From assembly GCA_051453625.1 (NCBI GenBank), contig JBOZIK010000001.1:47736809-47800688 (forward strand): a stretch of 63,880 bases of DNA, given 5' to 3'. A program made the position numbers and the translations under genes. This stretch comes from Welwitschia mirabilis. Lineage: Eukaryota. Below the pieces are notes generated by a model. That model was not told the origin of the DNA, made no database searches, and saw nothing but the letters and a program-made list of their open reading frames with translations. Each line of letters begins with the position of its first letter. The first letter of the stretch is position 1. Positions 25,461 to 38,729 of the stretch are shown here, one piece after another.

Positions 25461-27548
25461 ATCTTTCCCTTTTTGATGATGTCCAAAATTTGGCAAATCT
25501 TGCTTAGTGTAATTATATTTAGTTAACTAAATTAAAATGTTTAAATTCTAGAGAGAAAATTATATAATCATGTTTTATCAATAATATTAAAAAAATAATG
25601 ATTAATTACATAGATAAACATGCAGAGTAGTAATCAAAAAAGACACATAAGCATTAAATAATTTTATTCAAGAAAGATAATGATTAATCATGTAAGTTAT
25701 GCTAATAATAGTTTGCCAATAATAAATAATATTAGAGAGTAGCATTTTAACAGTGTACCAACAACAAATAATACTAAAGATAAAATGTGCCAACAATTGA
25801 AGGAATAACAACAGTGTGCTAACAACGGTAGAAATGTCAAAGCATAATGTGTACTAATGAATAATAGTGATTATAAATCAATAATAATGTTACTCAAGGA
25901 GTCAAATCCTTCAACTTATAATCAAGTCCTCCAGATCCATACATAATGTTCATTCTAAAACTAATTTACCCTTTCTTCCCTTTTTTGGACAACATACAAA
26001 AGAAGCTAATCACTAAGTGTAGAGTCACTAGTGTGGTATGTGCCTTCTCCTTCATCATTACTATTGTTATCACTATCCTATGTGATGGATGTCTAGATGA
26101 TATAGGATGAAGAAGATGGATGTAGAGGTGTGTGCCGCTTCCTAAATAACCACTTAGAAGTCTCACCGAGGCCTTCATAAACCAATCTCCTTATACATGA
26201 GTATGTTTTGGGGGGATGTAAGTCCTAAAGAACCTGGTGATGGTGATCTTAGTGAAGGAGGGTGGTGGTACTATGGTAAGTAATAAAACATGAATAGGCT
26301 CTGTGAAAGATGATGGTAAAGATGGAATATGAGGTCGTAATGAGGGACAAGAAGGTGATTCTAATTATGTAGGATGATAGATGAGTAGTTTACAACATAG
26401 CCTGTAGAAGATGAGAGGCTAAATATTTGAGCTATCTGACTTTGCCTATTACTCCCCTTGTGATAGTCTTAGAGCCTATGCTTCTCCTAAGTCTATGCCT
26501 AGGGAGGAGCCTGGTTCTCTCCTTGCACTTGTATCTCCTCTTATGTAGACTCTAAAGAATTACTATCTACTAATTATTCTGAGTCATAGCCTATACCCTA
26601 TGGAGCTAGAGGTGCTTAGCCTCATATTCCTCCTCTAAATGTGTCCAAAAGCAAGTCCCCATGGATTTTCAACTACCTACAAGTGCTTCTTCTTCACTGA
26701 CTGTGGATTTATGCTTCTTCAGCCTTAACAAATTTCATCTAATCTTACCAATCATCTTGGCTATTGCTTTTATCCCTTCTTAATAGATGATGAAGTATGA
26801 GAAGCTATACAGTATGGTCTCTAAAACTATGATTTAGTTGGTCTCCTACTTATACCCTTACTAGATGGCATTGGTACACATTATTTTTCATTAAATTCTA
26901 GAAGAGGCTTCTTTGGATGAATGAGGTTCACTTGTGATACTTAAATATTGGCATAAATGATAGTTAAAATGATTAAATAAGGGTAATCCAAAGTTTAACC
27001 CTTCCAAGATAGTGTAATAATATCCATGCATAAAATGAATCATAGATCAATCTTTAAGCTTGTAAGAAGACAAAAAACAATAAAAGTCTACATGGGGTTA
27101 CAGCAACTATAGCTATCATCCTTAACAAGAATGTTATAGAACATAATCGAGCTTATGATAGAAGCATCTGGAACCACATCCTTCCATTCTATGTTTTTAT
27201 AAGAAATTACTATAGAGTGTTTAAAACAAAATATTACTTATAGATCAGAATGTGAAGTGATTATATCTTTAAACAAATGAACATACAATTAAAAAAGCTG
27301 TAAATCATTAATGCTAAGAATAGAATTTACAAAACTGGGAATAAGATATAATGAAGTATCTTAAACATATGTTTGAAATGCCCCATTGCTATCATCATTA
27401 TCATGGATTTTGGCATAAAATTCTTTAATAGCTAGGGTCTAGAATACCCTGATCTAATTGTACAATCATGTCTTATTCAACATGTAAAAATTATGTAAGA
27501 AGATGATCCTTTATTTATTTTTGAAAGTCAAGTGTCCTTTATGTAATT
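23948..27548 (-). mobile_element. Sirevirus (SIRE) element B: 3' LTR, PPTs and extra-ORF region, truncated
   Basis: LTR 23948-25460 is homologous to 54778-56340. It is followed by atctttccctttttgatgatg (PPT signature) and a region colinear with 47080-49000. Confidence 0.82.
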
Positions 27549-27878
27549 TGAAAATTGATTTAAACTCAAAGGGAAGGTTGAATTAATTCCATCAAATAAA
27601 TATTTAAATCAAATAATAGAATAAAAATACACAACAAAAGACCTTGCCAAATAACATAGTTTTCCAACTTAGGTATGTTCACACATAGAGGTTAGGTTTT
27701 ATTCACACCTCTGGATATTCTTAACTTGTAATAAATAGTGATTTTCTAGTGTACTACCAACCTTATAACAAGTAAGAGTCTTCTCGTAAGGTAGCACTCT
27801 CTCTTTCTTAAGGAAATAGTGGTTTTCATAGGTGCACCACAAACCTTTACAAGAATGAGATTCTCCTTCTAAGATAGC

Positions 27879-29124
27879 TAATGCACTGCCAAATTGTATG
27901 TATTTGATGGGGTGTTATGAGCTATTTTATAGGACATTTATATAAGATTAGATGAAATTCCAAAGATTATGAAGAGTTGATGGATAATCACTGAAATACA
28001 TAGTTCTTGGCATATTCAAAGGCATTTCAGACACTTTCTAATGATTAGTACTTTAGAGAAAGATTAATAATGCTAGAGCTAATTTCTCATGAGTTGAAAA
28101 TCTAAATAAAACTTTAATTTCTACTATCATCCCAATGATAGATAGGACGAAAGCCCTACACATGCCAAATAGGATGCTAATGTGGACTAGAGCTAGAACC
28201 AATGGAGGCCTCCTTTGTAAAGGTCTCATCCCTAATTCCATTTCCATGACATTAAGAATGACAAATCATAACACATGTACCATCGTCCCCTTGGTCGTTT
28301 CCAAAATATTTAGAACAACACCTAAAATGGCTAGCCAATATTCATCCATTTCACCTGTTTTTTTCCTTAAATTTGATTGCGTTTTTAGAGTGCATTTTAT
28401 GTGATAGTTTTGCCTTTTGAGTCATATAAATAAATCCTTTTCCTTTGATTCTTTTATTCATCTTTAATGCACTAGACATTTTTGTGATAGGTGATCAAAG
28501 GGTGGGACAGCCATCTTGAGAGTTGTGAAAAGATGTTTTCTTGGTCTTAGTCTATGCATCCTCCATTGAAATGTGACTATTTTGTAACCTACATGCTGGT
28601 TTAATTATCAATACAAAACTTTATTTCTTTTATGCATTAATTCTGTTATATATTCCGTATGATATATGTTTTTCTTGATTCGATGAAAGTTTCATTAACA
28701 ATATAGGTGTTAAGGGTAACCTTTGTTAAGGTTAAAAAAAGTAGTTTAGAATCATTTTTGCATTAAACTTTATTCAACTCACTTAATAGCCTAAGTAGAT
28801 CTCTGTTAGTGATAGTTTTCTTAGCTAATCTAGGATTACATAGGGATGATCTTCTTAACACAACAATTCAGTACTCGGATAGGTGTTAATTTAGGTTAAG
28901 TGCATTTGCATTTCATTATATGTTTACTTTCTTGCATTATTCTTAAGTTATGATACAATATTTTCTCTGAAAATCAATTCTCCTTGTTATCTTTCACATC
29001 TTCGATGGGTTACAACATTTGGGTCACTACCATTCATACTAGAGTATCGTATCTTGCAATATATCTATTTTGATTAATAGGATTTATTGAAATGTAAAGA
29101 ATTGCAAAAATACGCATCACAACA
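27879..29124 (+). repeat. 5' LTR of the Athila derivative
   Basis: Colinear with 34835-36009 (~85% identity over the first ~160 bp by manual count). Ends acaaca. Confidence 0.9.
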
Positions 29125-30806
29125 TCTTGACCCCACTGCTGAGAAAGGCTACTGAGAAGCATAAGGACTATTGTTGTTTAGGTTAATAAATCAGATTTTT
29201 GTTATCTATTTGTAGTGATGTTGTATTATTAATTAGGAACCATAGGATTTTAGTTTGCTATTTTCTTTTTTTCTCAGTTTTTTAATAATAGTCTATTATC
29301 CTTTGTATCATCCCCATGACATTGAGAATGATAACACAAATTTATCAGTTTAAATATAGTCTATAATTTTTTTTTGTTTCCTTAGTAGTATAAAAATAAT
29401 TGTTATCTCCTCTATCATCTCCACAAGAATGTGGACAATAGTCTCTATGTTTATTTTTTGCTTTCAGCTTTCTGTTAAATTTATATTTTCCATTTTTTCT
29501 TTCTATTTTTATCATCTTCTTGTTGTCCTCACAACCAAATGGGTGACTATCAGTCATCTTTTATTTTATTTTTTGTTGTTTTCTTTTTAAAGGATACTAT
29601 GACATGATCAATTTAGGAAAGAAATATCAGAGAGAAAGGCTGCTAATAGAAGAAAATATCAGAGAAGACTAGCTAACTTTAAAATAGAATCAGGAACACA
29701 ATCTCTAAGTGCATATAATATTCCTTCTAAGTTTATTTTTTCTCTGAATCCAATTTCATGAAAGAGAATTTTTTAGAAGATAATTTAGAAGATAGTAGCC
29801 ATTATATTTTTGAATGTTAAGAATCTAGATAATTTTGATAAAAAGATAAAGCATTGAAGAAAGTAGAACTTAATCTTCATCTTATATTCCCCTATTTCAT
29901 CCTTTTCAATTTTAATTAATTTAATGACTAGTGATAAAAGGACTCTTGGGGAAATACTTTCTAAAAGGAGGACAAACTTGAAAAATTTTGAGGATAATAG
30001 TAAGAAAACACTTTATGAAATTTTTTCAAAAAGAGAAAAAACAACACAAAATGATGTTGAGAATAAGAATTAGACCCATTCCTTTTTTCAACCTTCTTAT
30101 TCTTTCCCCTCTTCATTTCAAACTTTATATAAATATGACAATGAAAATTTTCCACATTTTAAGGAATTTCACCTCATTTAGATAAGCTTTCTACAATTAT
30201 TTTTGTCAATCTCAATCATCTCCCATGAATTACTATGAGAAGAACCATCTCCCATGAACTACTTTGAAGAAGAACATGATTCAATAAAAGACATAATTAA
30301 TGAAATGATAAAAAAGCCAAGAAAATACTAATAAAAATTAAAAAATACCAACAAAAACCTAGAAAATTTGATTGAGATCCTTTAATAAATATTATTACAA
30401 ATTTATGGTTCTTTTACAACACAACATCCTCAAAACTATCGTCTTTCATCCTATGTTGAGGAAAATAAGGAGGACTTAGACACAAATGATAATGATTTTT
30501 GCTTTCAAATCAAGGATGAAATTTCAAATCAAACTTCAACATCCTACTGATTAGGAGATGAGCAAAGGGGAGATAATAATAACTCAACTCAATCTTTTAA
30601 TAATAAGGATGAAGATGACCATTTATTAAACAATGATATTGAGGTATTAGATTATATTCCTCCATTTACTACTAGATGAAGAATCCACTCATGAAAAATC
30701 TAAAAATTCTTTAAATCATGATAGACATAATGATCACATTTCTCCTTGTAATGAATCTAATAAATTGAAAAATAATAACATGCAATAAGACTATGAGAAT
30801 GGTGAA

Positions 30807-30830
30807 GATGATGATGATGATGATGATGAT
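30807..30830 (+). repeat. (GAT)8 microsatellite
   Basis: Eight perfect GAT units. Confidence 0.95.
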
Positions 30831-32597
30831 ATTATAATATTAGATCATATCCTTGGTTTTTACTTACTTTATGATGAGGATGAAGGAGTTCAACCTGTAA
30901 AAGAAGTTCAACATATAAGATTAAGGGAGAATTTAAGTAATAGAAAAAAATTAGTGAAGAATTTACATTATAAAGAGATTCGTCCACTCTTATCGTTAGA
31001 TAATAGTCTAAGATGATAGTCAGTAATAGCAACTCAATAGCTAAAAATGAGGATTACAGTTTAGAATTAATAGAATTATTCAACAGAGAGAAAGAAGAGT
31101 CAACTTAGGAAATATCAGAAAATATTCCACCACATAATAAGGACAATGAGAAATTTCTTTTCAATAATATTTTTAATGACCTTTTTGAGGAATCCATCAA
31201 CTTAGAAAAAAAATAATCCTTAAGAAAACAATAATAAGTTTAATAAACAAGAGTAAGATATAATCAATGATATTAATAAAAACAGTGAAGAAAGGGAGAT
31301 ATAATTAAAGAACATAATGAAGAAAGTAAATACGGCACTCAACTAAGTAATGATAAAGTCAACAATAAGAATGAAAGGAATAAAAAAGATTCAACTAAAA
31401 ATAAAATAATCTTAATGGAAAATAAAATTATACCTTTTAATGAAAAAAACCAACTTAAAGAGTCTCTATATGTTTCTCCATCTTTTTCACTTATACTTCC
31501 ATGCAAAACCTCAAATGAGATCTCTACTTCTACTTCTACATTACCTTGTAATGTTGATAATGATAACCTTTCTTTCTTTATCCCTTTTAAACATTCAAGT
31601 AATTCTTCAAATCACATCCCTGTCTTTGAAATTAATAAAACACATCCTACTCCAAAAAAATCTCCCAATCTTTTCCTTTTAAAAATCCATGTGATACTCA
31701 AAGTAATATCCTTCCTTTTCTATTAAGTCCACTTTACCTTATGCTTTTAATGATTATTCTTTTCAAAACGAGACTTAGAATATCTTAGAGTTTTAAATTG
31801 AAGTAAAACTTATCTTCTTGATCTAAATCCATGCTTAGAATTAAATGTTAAAATGCTTCTTAGGTATGTTAAACCTATCTTAATCACTTAGCCTAAGAAG
31901 CATCGTATAAATCCATAGATCCCAAATAATACCCTTGATGTCTTCCATATTTAATATCAAGATTTGAATGAAATATATGTTTTAACTCCTTCATATCATG
32001 AGTCTAATAAGAGATTGTTTATCCATGAGTTATGTGAATTTTTTATCTCTTATATTGCTGCTACATCTTGTAGAGAAAAAATGTCATGTAGTCATGATAA
32101 TAAAAAAGAACCTTATTCTCTTGTTGAGAATCCATATCTTAAGTTAAATGATAAAAAGCTTCTTAATCTTGCTATATATTCTAAAGAACCCTCAAAATAT
32201 TCTTGGAATAACTTGTTACATGTATTTTACAATGACACTCATGATTTACAATATTTTAATAAGATATTGTTTGTCAATGATATTTATCACTTCTTTATCT
32301 CTTATTTAAACTCTAAAATTTATGCTATTGAAGTTTTACCATTTTATTCTCTCTTTCTTTAATTGATTTTACTCAAAAATGATGTATACTTTTTATGTTT
32401 ATCAATTGGTAAATATTTGGTTTGGTTCTTATTTTTATGAAAGAATGCAATATCCTAAGACCATAGCCCTAGAACAATCTTTTTTTTTTCTTTTTTTTCA
32501 ATAAAGATGTTGAATAGATTTTAGGATTTGAATAAAATACATCTTTTACTTTTGATTTATGATTGTTATGCTTTTGTCTTTGGTTTTTACTTCTAAT

Positions 32598-32723
32598 AAA
32601 TTAATCTCTAAATGGTTAGGTCCTTACCTTATTGAAAAAGTACATTCTAATGGCTGTGTTGAGATTTTTGACTTAACCACTAAAGAAATTTAGAAAGTTA
32701 ATGAACAAAGGTTGAAAATATAC
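32598..32723 (+). pseudogene. Athila integrase C-terminal (GPY/F) fragment
   Basis: Reads KLISKWLGPYLIEKVHSNGCVEIFDLTTKEI*KVNEQRLKIY; cf. the Athila consensus KLKSRWSGPF.V..V...GAVEI.......FKVNGQRLK.Y. Confidence 0.85.
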
Positions 32724-34834
32724 AAGTAGCCTTTTGATATAAACATGGTAGAAGTACTAGCNNNNNNNNNNNNNNNNNNNNNNNNNNNNNNNNNNNNNNN
32801 NNNNNNNNNNNNNNNNNNNNNNNNNNNNNNNNNNNNNNNNNNNNNNNNNNNNNNNNNNNNNNNNNNNNNNNNNNNNNNNNNNNNNNNNNNNNNNNNNNNN
32901 NNNNNNNNNNNNNNNNNNNNNNNNNNNNNNNNNNNNNNNNNNNNNNNNNNNNNNNNNNNNNNNNNNNNNNNNNNNNNNNNNNNNNNNNNNNNNNNNNNNN
33001 NNNNNNNNNNNNNNNNNNNNNNNNNNNNNNNNNNNNNNNNNNNNNNNNNNNNNNNNNNNNNNNNNNNNNNNNNNNNNNNNNNNNNNNNNNNNNNNNNNNN
33101 NNNNNNNNNNNNNNNNNNNNNNNNNNNNNNNNNNNNNNNNNNNNNNNNNNNNNNNNNNNNNNNNNNNNNNNNNNNNNNNNNNNNNNNNNNNNNNNNNNNN
33201 NNNNNNNNNNNNNNNNNNNNNNNNNNNNNNNNNNNNNNNNNNNNNNNNNNNNNNNNNNNNNNNNNNNNNNNNNNNNNNNNNNNNNNNNNNNNNNNNNNNN
33301 NNNNNNNNNNNNNNNNNNNNNNNNNNNNNNNNNNNNNNNNNNNNNNNNNNNNNNNNNNNNNNNNNNNNNNNNNNNNNNNNNNNNNNNNNNNNNNNNNNNN
33401 NNNNNNNNNNNNNNNNNNNNNNNNNNNNNNNNNNNNNNNNNNNNNNNNNNNNNNNNNNNNNNNNNNNNNNNNNNNNNNNNNNNNNNNNNNNNNNNNNNNN
33501 NNNNNNNNNNNNNNNNNNNNNNNNNNNNNNNTTTTATTTTATTACTTTAACTTTGTCTTTTAAAGTGTTTAATCATGTGAAATATTTTTTTGTTTAAAAA
33601 AAAGAAATAAAAAAGTGAAATAAGACCTTGTTGTCCTATTGCAAGTACACCAAGGCAGATTTTCCTAAGAGGGACCTGATAGTAAAATATGGTAGCTGTG
33701 GGAACTCCGCTGGAAGGTCAGTTGACCATGCTTTGTAGGTTCTTACTTCTTTGACTGTTGTGGCACTTCCCTCATTATGGATGATAAAATAATAAAAACT
33801 TGGAGGCTACAAGATCAATGATATTCCTAGTATCATCAGAGGCATTGCTTGTTTCCTAAACTCTTAGTATTTTAACATGATCATTTCATTTTTGAGGATT
33901 TAAGTGTTTGTTTTGAGATGTAAGTAGGTGAGTTTATTTTTTAGCAACTATTTGATCTTATCACTTATTATTTAAAGAATTTAATTTTAGCATCATCATA
34001 GCCATTGCCTTATCAAATGGAATTTTACATATTTATACATTTATCATGCATTTTAAATCAAGTCACTGGAGTTTGCTAGGTGCGGTAGATAGGATATCTT
34101 CTTTGCGTTATCTTATGTCCATTCTTTTTGTTTTCTTTTGTTATTCAGTTAATTATTTCAAAGTCATTTCTATATTTTCTTACCATTTTAGCATCTTAAC
34201 ATTTAATAATTTTGTTGTTTTCAATAAAGAGTTGATTTCTTGCTTAAATAAGTTTATTTACAAATTTTGTAATATTAATTTTTAGTCTTTTAAAATTCTA
34301 AACATTGTTCATAGTCAATTTTGTGAAGGCACATTTGTTAAGCACTCATGGATCTGCTTCATTGTAATTAGCACATTTTCATTATCTATTCTTTCCATGT
34401 TTTTTAGAATATTTCTTACATCTTTCTTTTTTAAATCTGAAATTTCTACTCTAAACTTTGCACTTAACTTCTCCACTACCACAATTTAGAAATACCCATC
34501 GTCCATCTTCTCATTTGGACATACAGATTTTTATTAGATATTTTTTACTTGATTAGCTAATACAAGCCATATTATTTTTTTTAGGGGAGGGTAGGACTTA
34601 TTTTTAGGATTGATTTTCATAATTTTTACATTAGAGCTTTCATGAGACATAAATTTTCACTTTTTACTCCATACACATGATGCATAACATGTCATTTTAT
34701 TATGTAATATGTTTAAGATTATTTATAATCCTATTTTATAATTTTCAAATTAATTTTTTTAAGACAATTTAGTTCACAATTGTAGTTGTTCATATGATCT
34801 TATCAGGGACTAAGAATAGCTAAGTGGGGGGCTA

Positions 34835-36009
34835 TGATGCGCTATCAAATTGTATGTATTTGATGGGTTGTTATGAGATATTTTGTAAGACATTTATATA
34901 GGTTTAGATGAAATTCTGAGGATTATGGATAGTTGATGAATGATCACTGAAATATGCAATTCTTGGCATATTCAAAGGCATTTCAGGTACTTTCTGATGC
35001 TAAATTCTTTGAACGAATATTAATAATGCTAAAGCAAGTTTTTTATGAGTTGAAAACTTAAGGAGAACTATCGTCCCTAATGTCATCCTCATGATAGACA
35101 GGACAATAGCCCAGCACATGCTAAATAGGATTCTGACATGGACTAGAGTGGGAACCAAGGGAAGCCTCTTTTACAAAGTTGTCATCCCTAATGTTATCCC
35201 CATGACATTAAGGAAGAAAAATCATAATGCATGTATCATAATACCCTTGGTCATTTTCATGATAATTAGGACCACACCTGAAATAGCCAATCAACATTCA
35301 TTCGTTTCACTTATTTCTTTCTTATATTTGAGTGTTGTAGTGCGTTTTGTATAATAGTTTCATCTTCTAAGTTGTATACGTAAACAATCTTCAATGTACT
35401 AGACATTCTCATGATAGGAGATTGAAGGGTTGGTGTTGGTTTATGTATCCTCCATTAAGATGCGGCTATTTTGTAACCCAGATGCTGGTTTGATTACCAA
35501 TACAAAACTCTATTTCTTTTGTGCATTAATTCTATCATATATTCCTTATGATTTATATTGTTCTTGATTTGGTAACAATTTCATTAATGATATAGGTCTT
35601 AAGGACAACCTTTTTTAAGGTTAAAAAAGTAATTTAGAATAATTTTTGCATTGCACTTTATTTGACTCATTTGGTAACTTAAGTTGGTCTTGATTAGTGA
35701 GAGTATTCCTGGATGATCTAGGATTATAAATGACTGATCTTCTTAACACATCAATTTGGTACTTAGATAGGTGTTCATTTAGGTTAAGTGCATTTTCGTT
35801 TCATTTCATGTTTACTTTCTTGCATTGTTCTTAAGTTAGGAGATAATATTTTTTCTAAAAATCAATTCTCCTTCTTCTCTTGCATACCTTCAATGGGTTA
35901 TGACATTTGGGTCACTTCCATTCATACTAGAGTGTCGTATTTTTCAACATATCTATTTTGATTAACAAGATTCAGTGAGATGTAAATAATTGTGAAAATA
36001 CATACAACA
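34835..36009 (+). repeat. 3' LTR of the Athila derivative
   Basis: tgatgcgctatcaaattg...catacaaca, preceded by the PPT. Confidence 0.9.
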
Positions 36010-38729
36010 ATAGTATTACTCTCTTCCCTACAAGGAAATAATGGTTTTCTGGCTAATCAACAATCTCATATTTAATAAGTGCCTAAAAGAATAATAAGCA
36101 ATGCATACCCCTAGAAGGATTGCCTTACAAAGTATTGACATTTCAAGAAATGGAGACAATAGTATTCAATAATAAGATAGTTCACAATGAAATAACCAAA
36201 AATATAATATAACAACAAGCTTGAATATGATTTGGCAAAGACTTAAGATCCTTGAAGAAGTTGTTGTTATCATGAGTGTGAATGAGAAAGATGATTGCAA
36301 TGAAGATATGAATCTAAGAGATAAGACAATGATAGCTCCTTGCCACTAAATCTTTTAATTTCTTTATGAGAAGTTCCCTTCACTTGTGCTACCAAGATCT
36401 ATAAGTTTGATTGATTCAATGAAGTGTCAAAAGTTCTTTCTTAATTTTTGATGTTGATGATTTATAATGATGAGGAAGATCTAACCATTTAAGCTTAAAA
36501 GATAGCCATTGATCCTATAACTACCATGCAATGGATAGGTAATGTCTATGATTTAGGAACATATCCTCAATTTTAGTTAATGTGAACTTCAGTCAAAGAT
36601 ATCTTGAATTTTGTAGATGTATTCATTCTATACATCTCTACTTTTTTAGATGTCTTGAGTCATCTTACCTAGGTTCTAATGAATTTTACACTGTACTATC
36701 ATTAGACCTTTGTGATCATAAATTCATGATGTATAAGTTCATTGGTTACTTAAAACATAAGATATTAGTAAAAAAATAAATTGGCTTTATTATCTTTTTT
36801 ATCTTAGTACATTCAAAACTTCTTTACTTTTCTAGATGTCTTCACTTAAGATGTCTTCAATTTTTAAACATCTTTAATCAATTGATTTTTCATTTTAGCA
36901 TTTAATCCTTTGTGTGAGATATTTCCTTTAAAGATCTATCATGATCTAATATTTTTCAAGGTTTGACTTACCTATAATAACCTATCTACACAAAGAAATA
37001 ACATATTTGACAATTGAAATCATCAAAACTAAATTTTTCAACAATCTCCCCCTTTTTGGTGATGTTTGAAAACTTAGCAAATCTCATCAGTGTAATCTCA
37101 ACTAATCAATTGAAATTAGACATTTTATTTTAGAGAAATACACATGATAACTCATTGTAATAATCATGATATGTGCCACTTGAAATTAGAAAAACTACAT
37201 AGAAGAATTAGAATTCAGAAATACTTAATCTATTTTATTAAAATCATAATACTAAATGATAAATTAATGTTTTTATCATTCACCTATGTATATAAAGAGT
37301 AAAGCACATAAACATTTGATAATCAATATACTAGTAACAATGTGTCATTTTTCAGAGCATAAAGTTCAACTGTGTGCTAATCATTGTATCATATCTAAAT
37401 GGAATTTTTACTAACAACATGTAAAACTATTTAGATAATAAAATTAATCAAATTAGTATATATGCAAAAGTGTACTAATAAAAGCATAATATAAGAATGA
37501 TAACTATGCCAAACATAATACATGGAATAACAAGTATGATATTAAAAGAAAGTGTTTTAATAACATGAATGTGCACTAAAATAATAGGGAGGAATCATCA
37601 ACATAAATAATGACATTCTTGGATCCTATTTAAGATCTCATAGTCAAGAGCTTCAATCATAATAGAGTATCTTCAACCTAGAAGCTGAAGTATCCAACTA
37701 ATCTTCCACTGATTTACCATATACTTCTTCCCTTTTTAGACATCAACATAAAGCTCTAATCAGTGAGATCTGAATCACTTATGTACTACTCACCTTAGCC
37801 TTCTTCAATACTATCATTGTTATCATGGTTAATGGAGGTAAACTATGTGTATGATGATGATGAAAAAGGAGGTGGTGTATGCCTATTCTTAAAGGCGTAC
37901 TATGATGTCTAACCAGGGCCCTCAAAGAACTATTTTCATTCATGTTGTTACATTTCAGAAGTGATAGAGATTCCAAAGAAACTGATGGTGGTGACCTCTA
38001 TGAAAGTGAATGGAAGCTGAGTGGATGAGAGTGGTTCTACTTAAATGAGCTCTATATGAGAAGGTGGAGGTGATGGTGGATGAACTTTAAGTGGATAAGA
38101 TACATGTGGTAGTGAAGAGGGTTTAGATGATGATGGTGGCTGTGTAGGTTAGCAAAATAAAATATTATAATAAAGATGAAGAAAGATAAGTAGTGGACCA
38201 TTTAAGCTCTCAAACTCTATATCTTGTGGTACTAGTCTCTGAGAAGGACTTAGAGCTTGTGGATTTTCTTGCATATGTCCTTTATGGAAGCTTGGTACTT
38301 TCCCTGAGATTGTATCTCATTTTTAGAAGAATCCTATAAATATTTTCTATCTGTTACTCTGGCTAAGTTATATCCTGTGCCAAAAGGAGCTCAAGATCCT
38401 ACTTCTTACTCAACATCTAACTCCTCCTCTGATCTAATCATGTGAGAGTCCTCATGGATTCCTAACTCTCTACTAGTTCCTCTCCTTTGCTTATTGTATA
38501 TTTGTGTTTTGTTATCCTCAAAAGGTTTTTTTCAATCTTTATAACCATTTTTACAATAGCCTTTCATTCCTTTTTCATAGTGGAAGAGTTGTGAGTAGCA
38601 GTGGAGAATGATCTCAGAATTTGTGTTGTCCTTTTAATTATGCACTTACTTGGCATTATAGGTGATCTCCATTTCTCATTGAATTTTGCCAATGATTTCT
38701 TTTTCAATTATAAGCTTCTTTAAAAACTT

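Larger units (their letters stand above)
27879..36009 (+). mobile_element. Athila-derived, apparently non-autonomous LTR retroelement
   Basis: Paired LTRs, degenerate PBS tgaccccactgctgagaa (29128-29145), PPT aagtgggggg (34822-34831), TSD atagc (27874-27878) / atagt (36010-36014). Confidence 0.88.

Noticed and set aside
28053..28404. ORFs conserved with 35091-35354 as a duplicated gene
   Set aside because: They lie inside the paired LTRs; the similarity is LTR homology.
32745..33563. Long ORFs in the track here and at 39919-40366, 45143-45759, 58960-59769 and 61346-62191
   Set aside because: They consist of X residues from N gaps and are artefacts.
23948..37043. LTRs B and C as the two LTRs of a single element
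   Set aside because: Both are followed by a PPT and extra-ORF sequence, and no PBS precedes 27549, so both are 3' LTRs of different copies.
37779..37976. His-rich peptide (HHLLFHHHHTH) as a metal-binding protein
   Set aside because: Probably an alternative-frame reading of the Pro/Ser-rich tail of the Sirevirus extra ORF; the equivalent segments in A and B differ.
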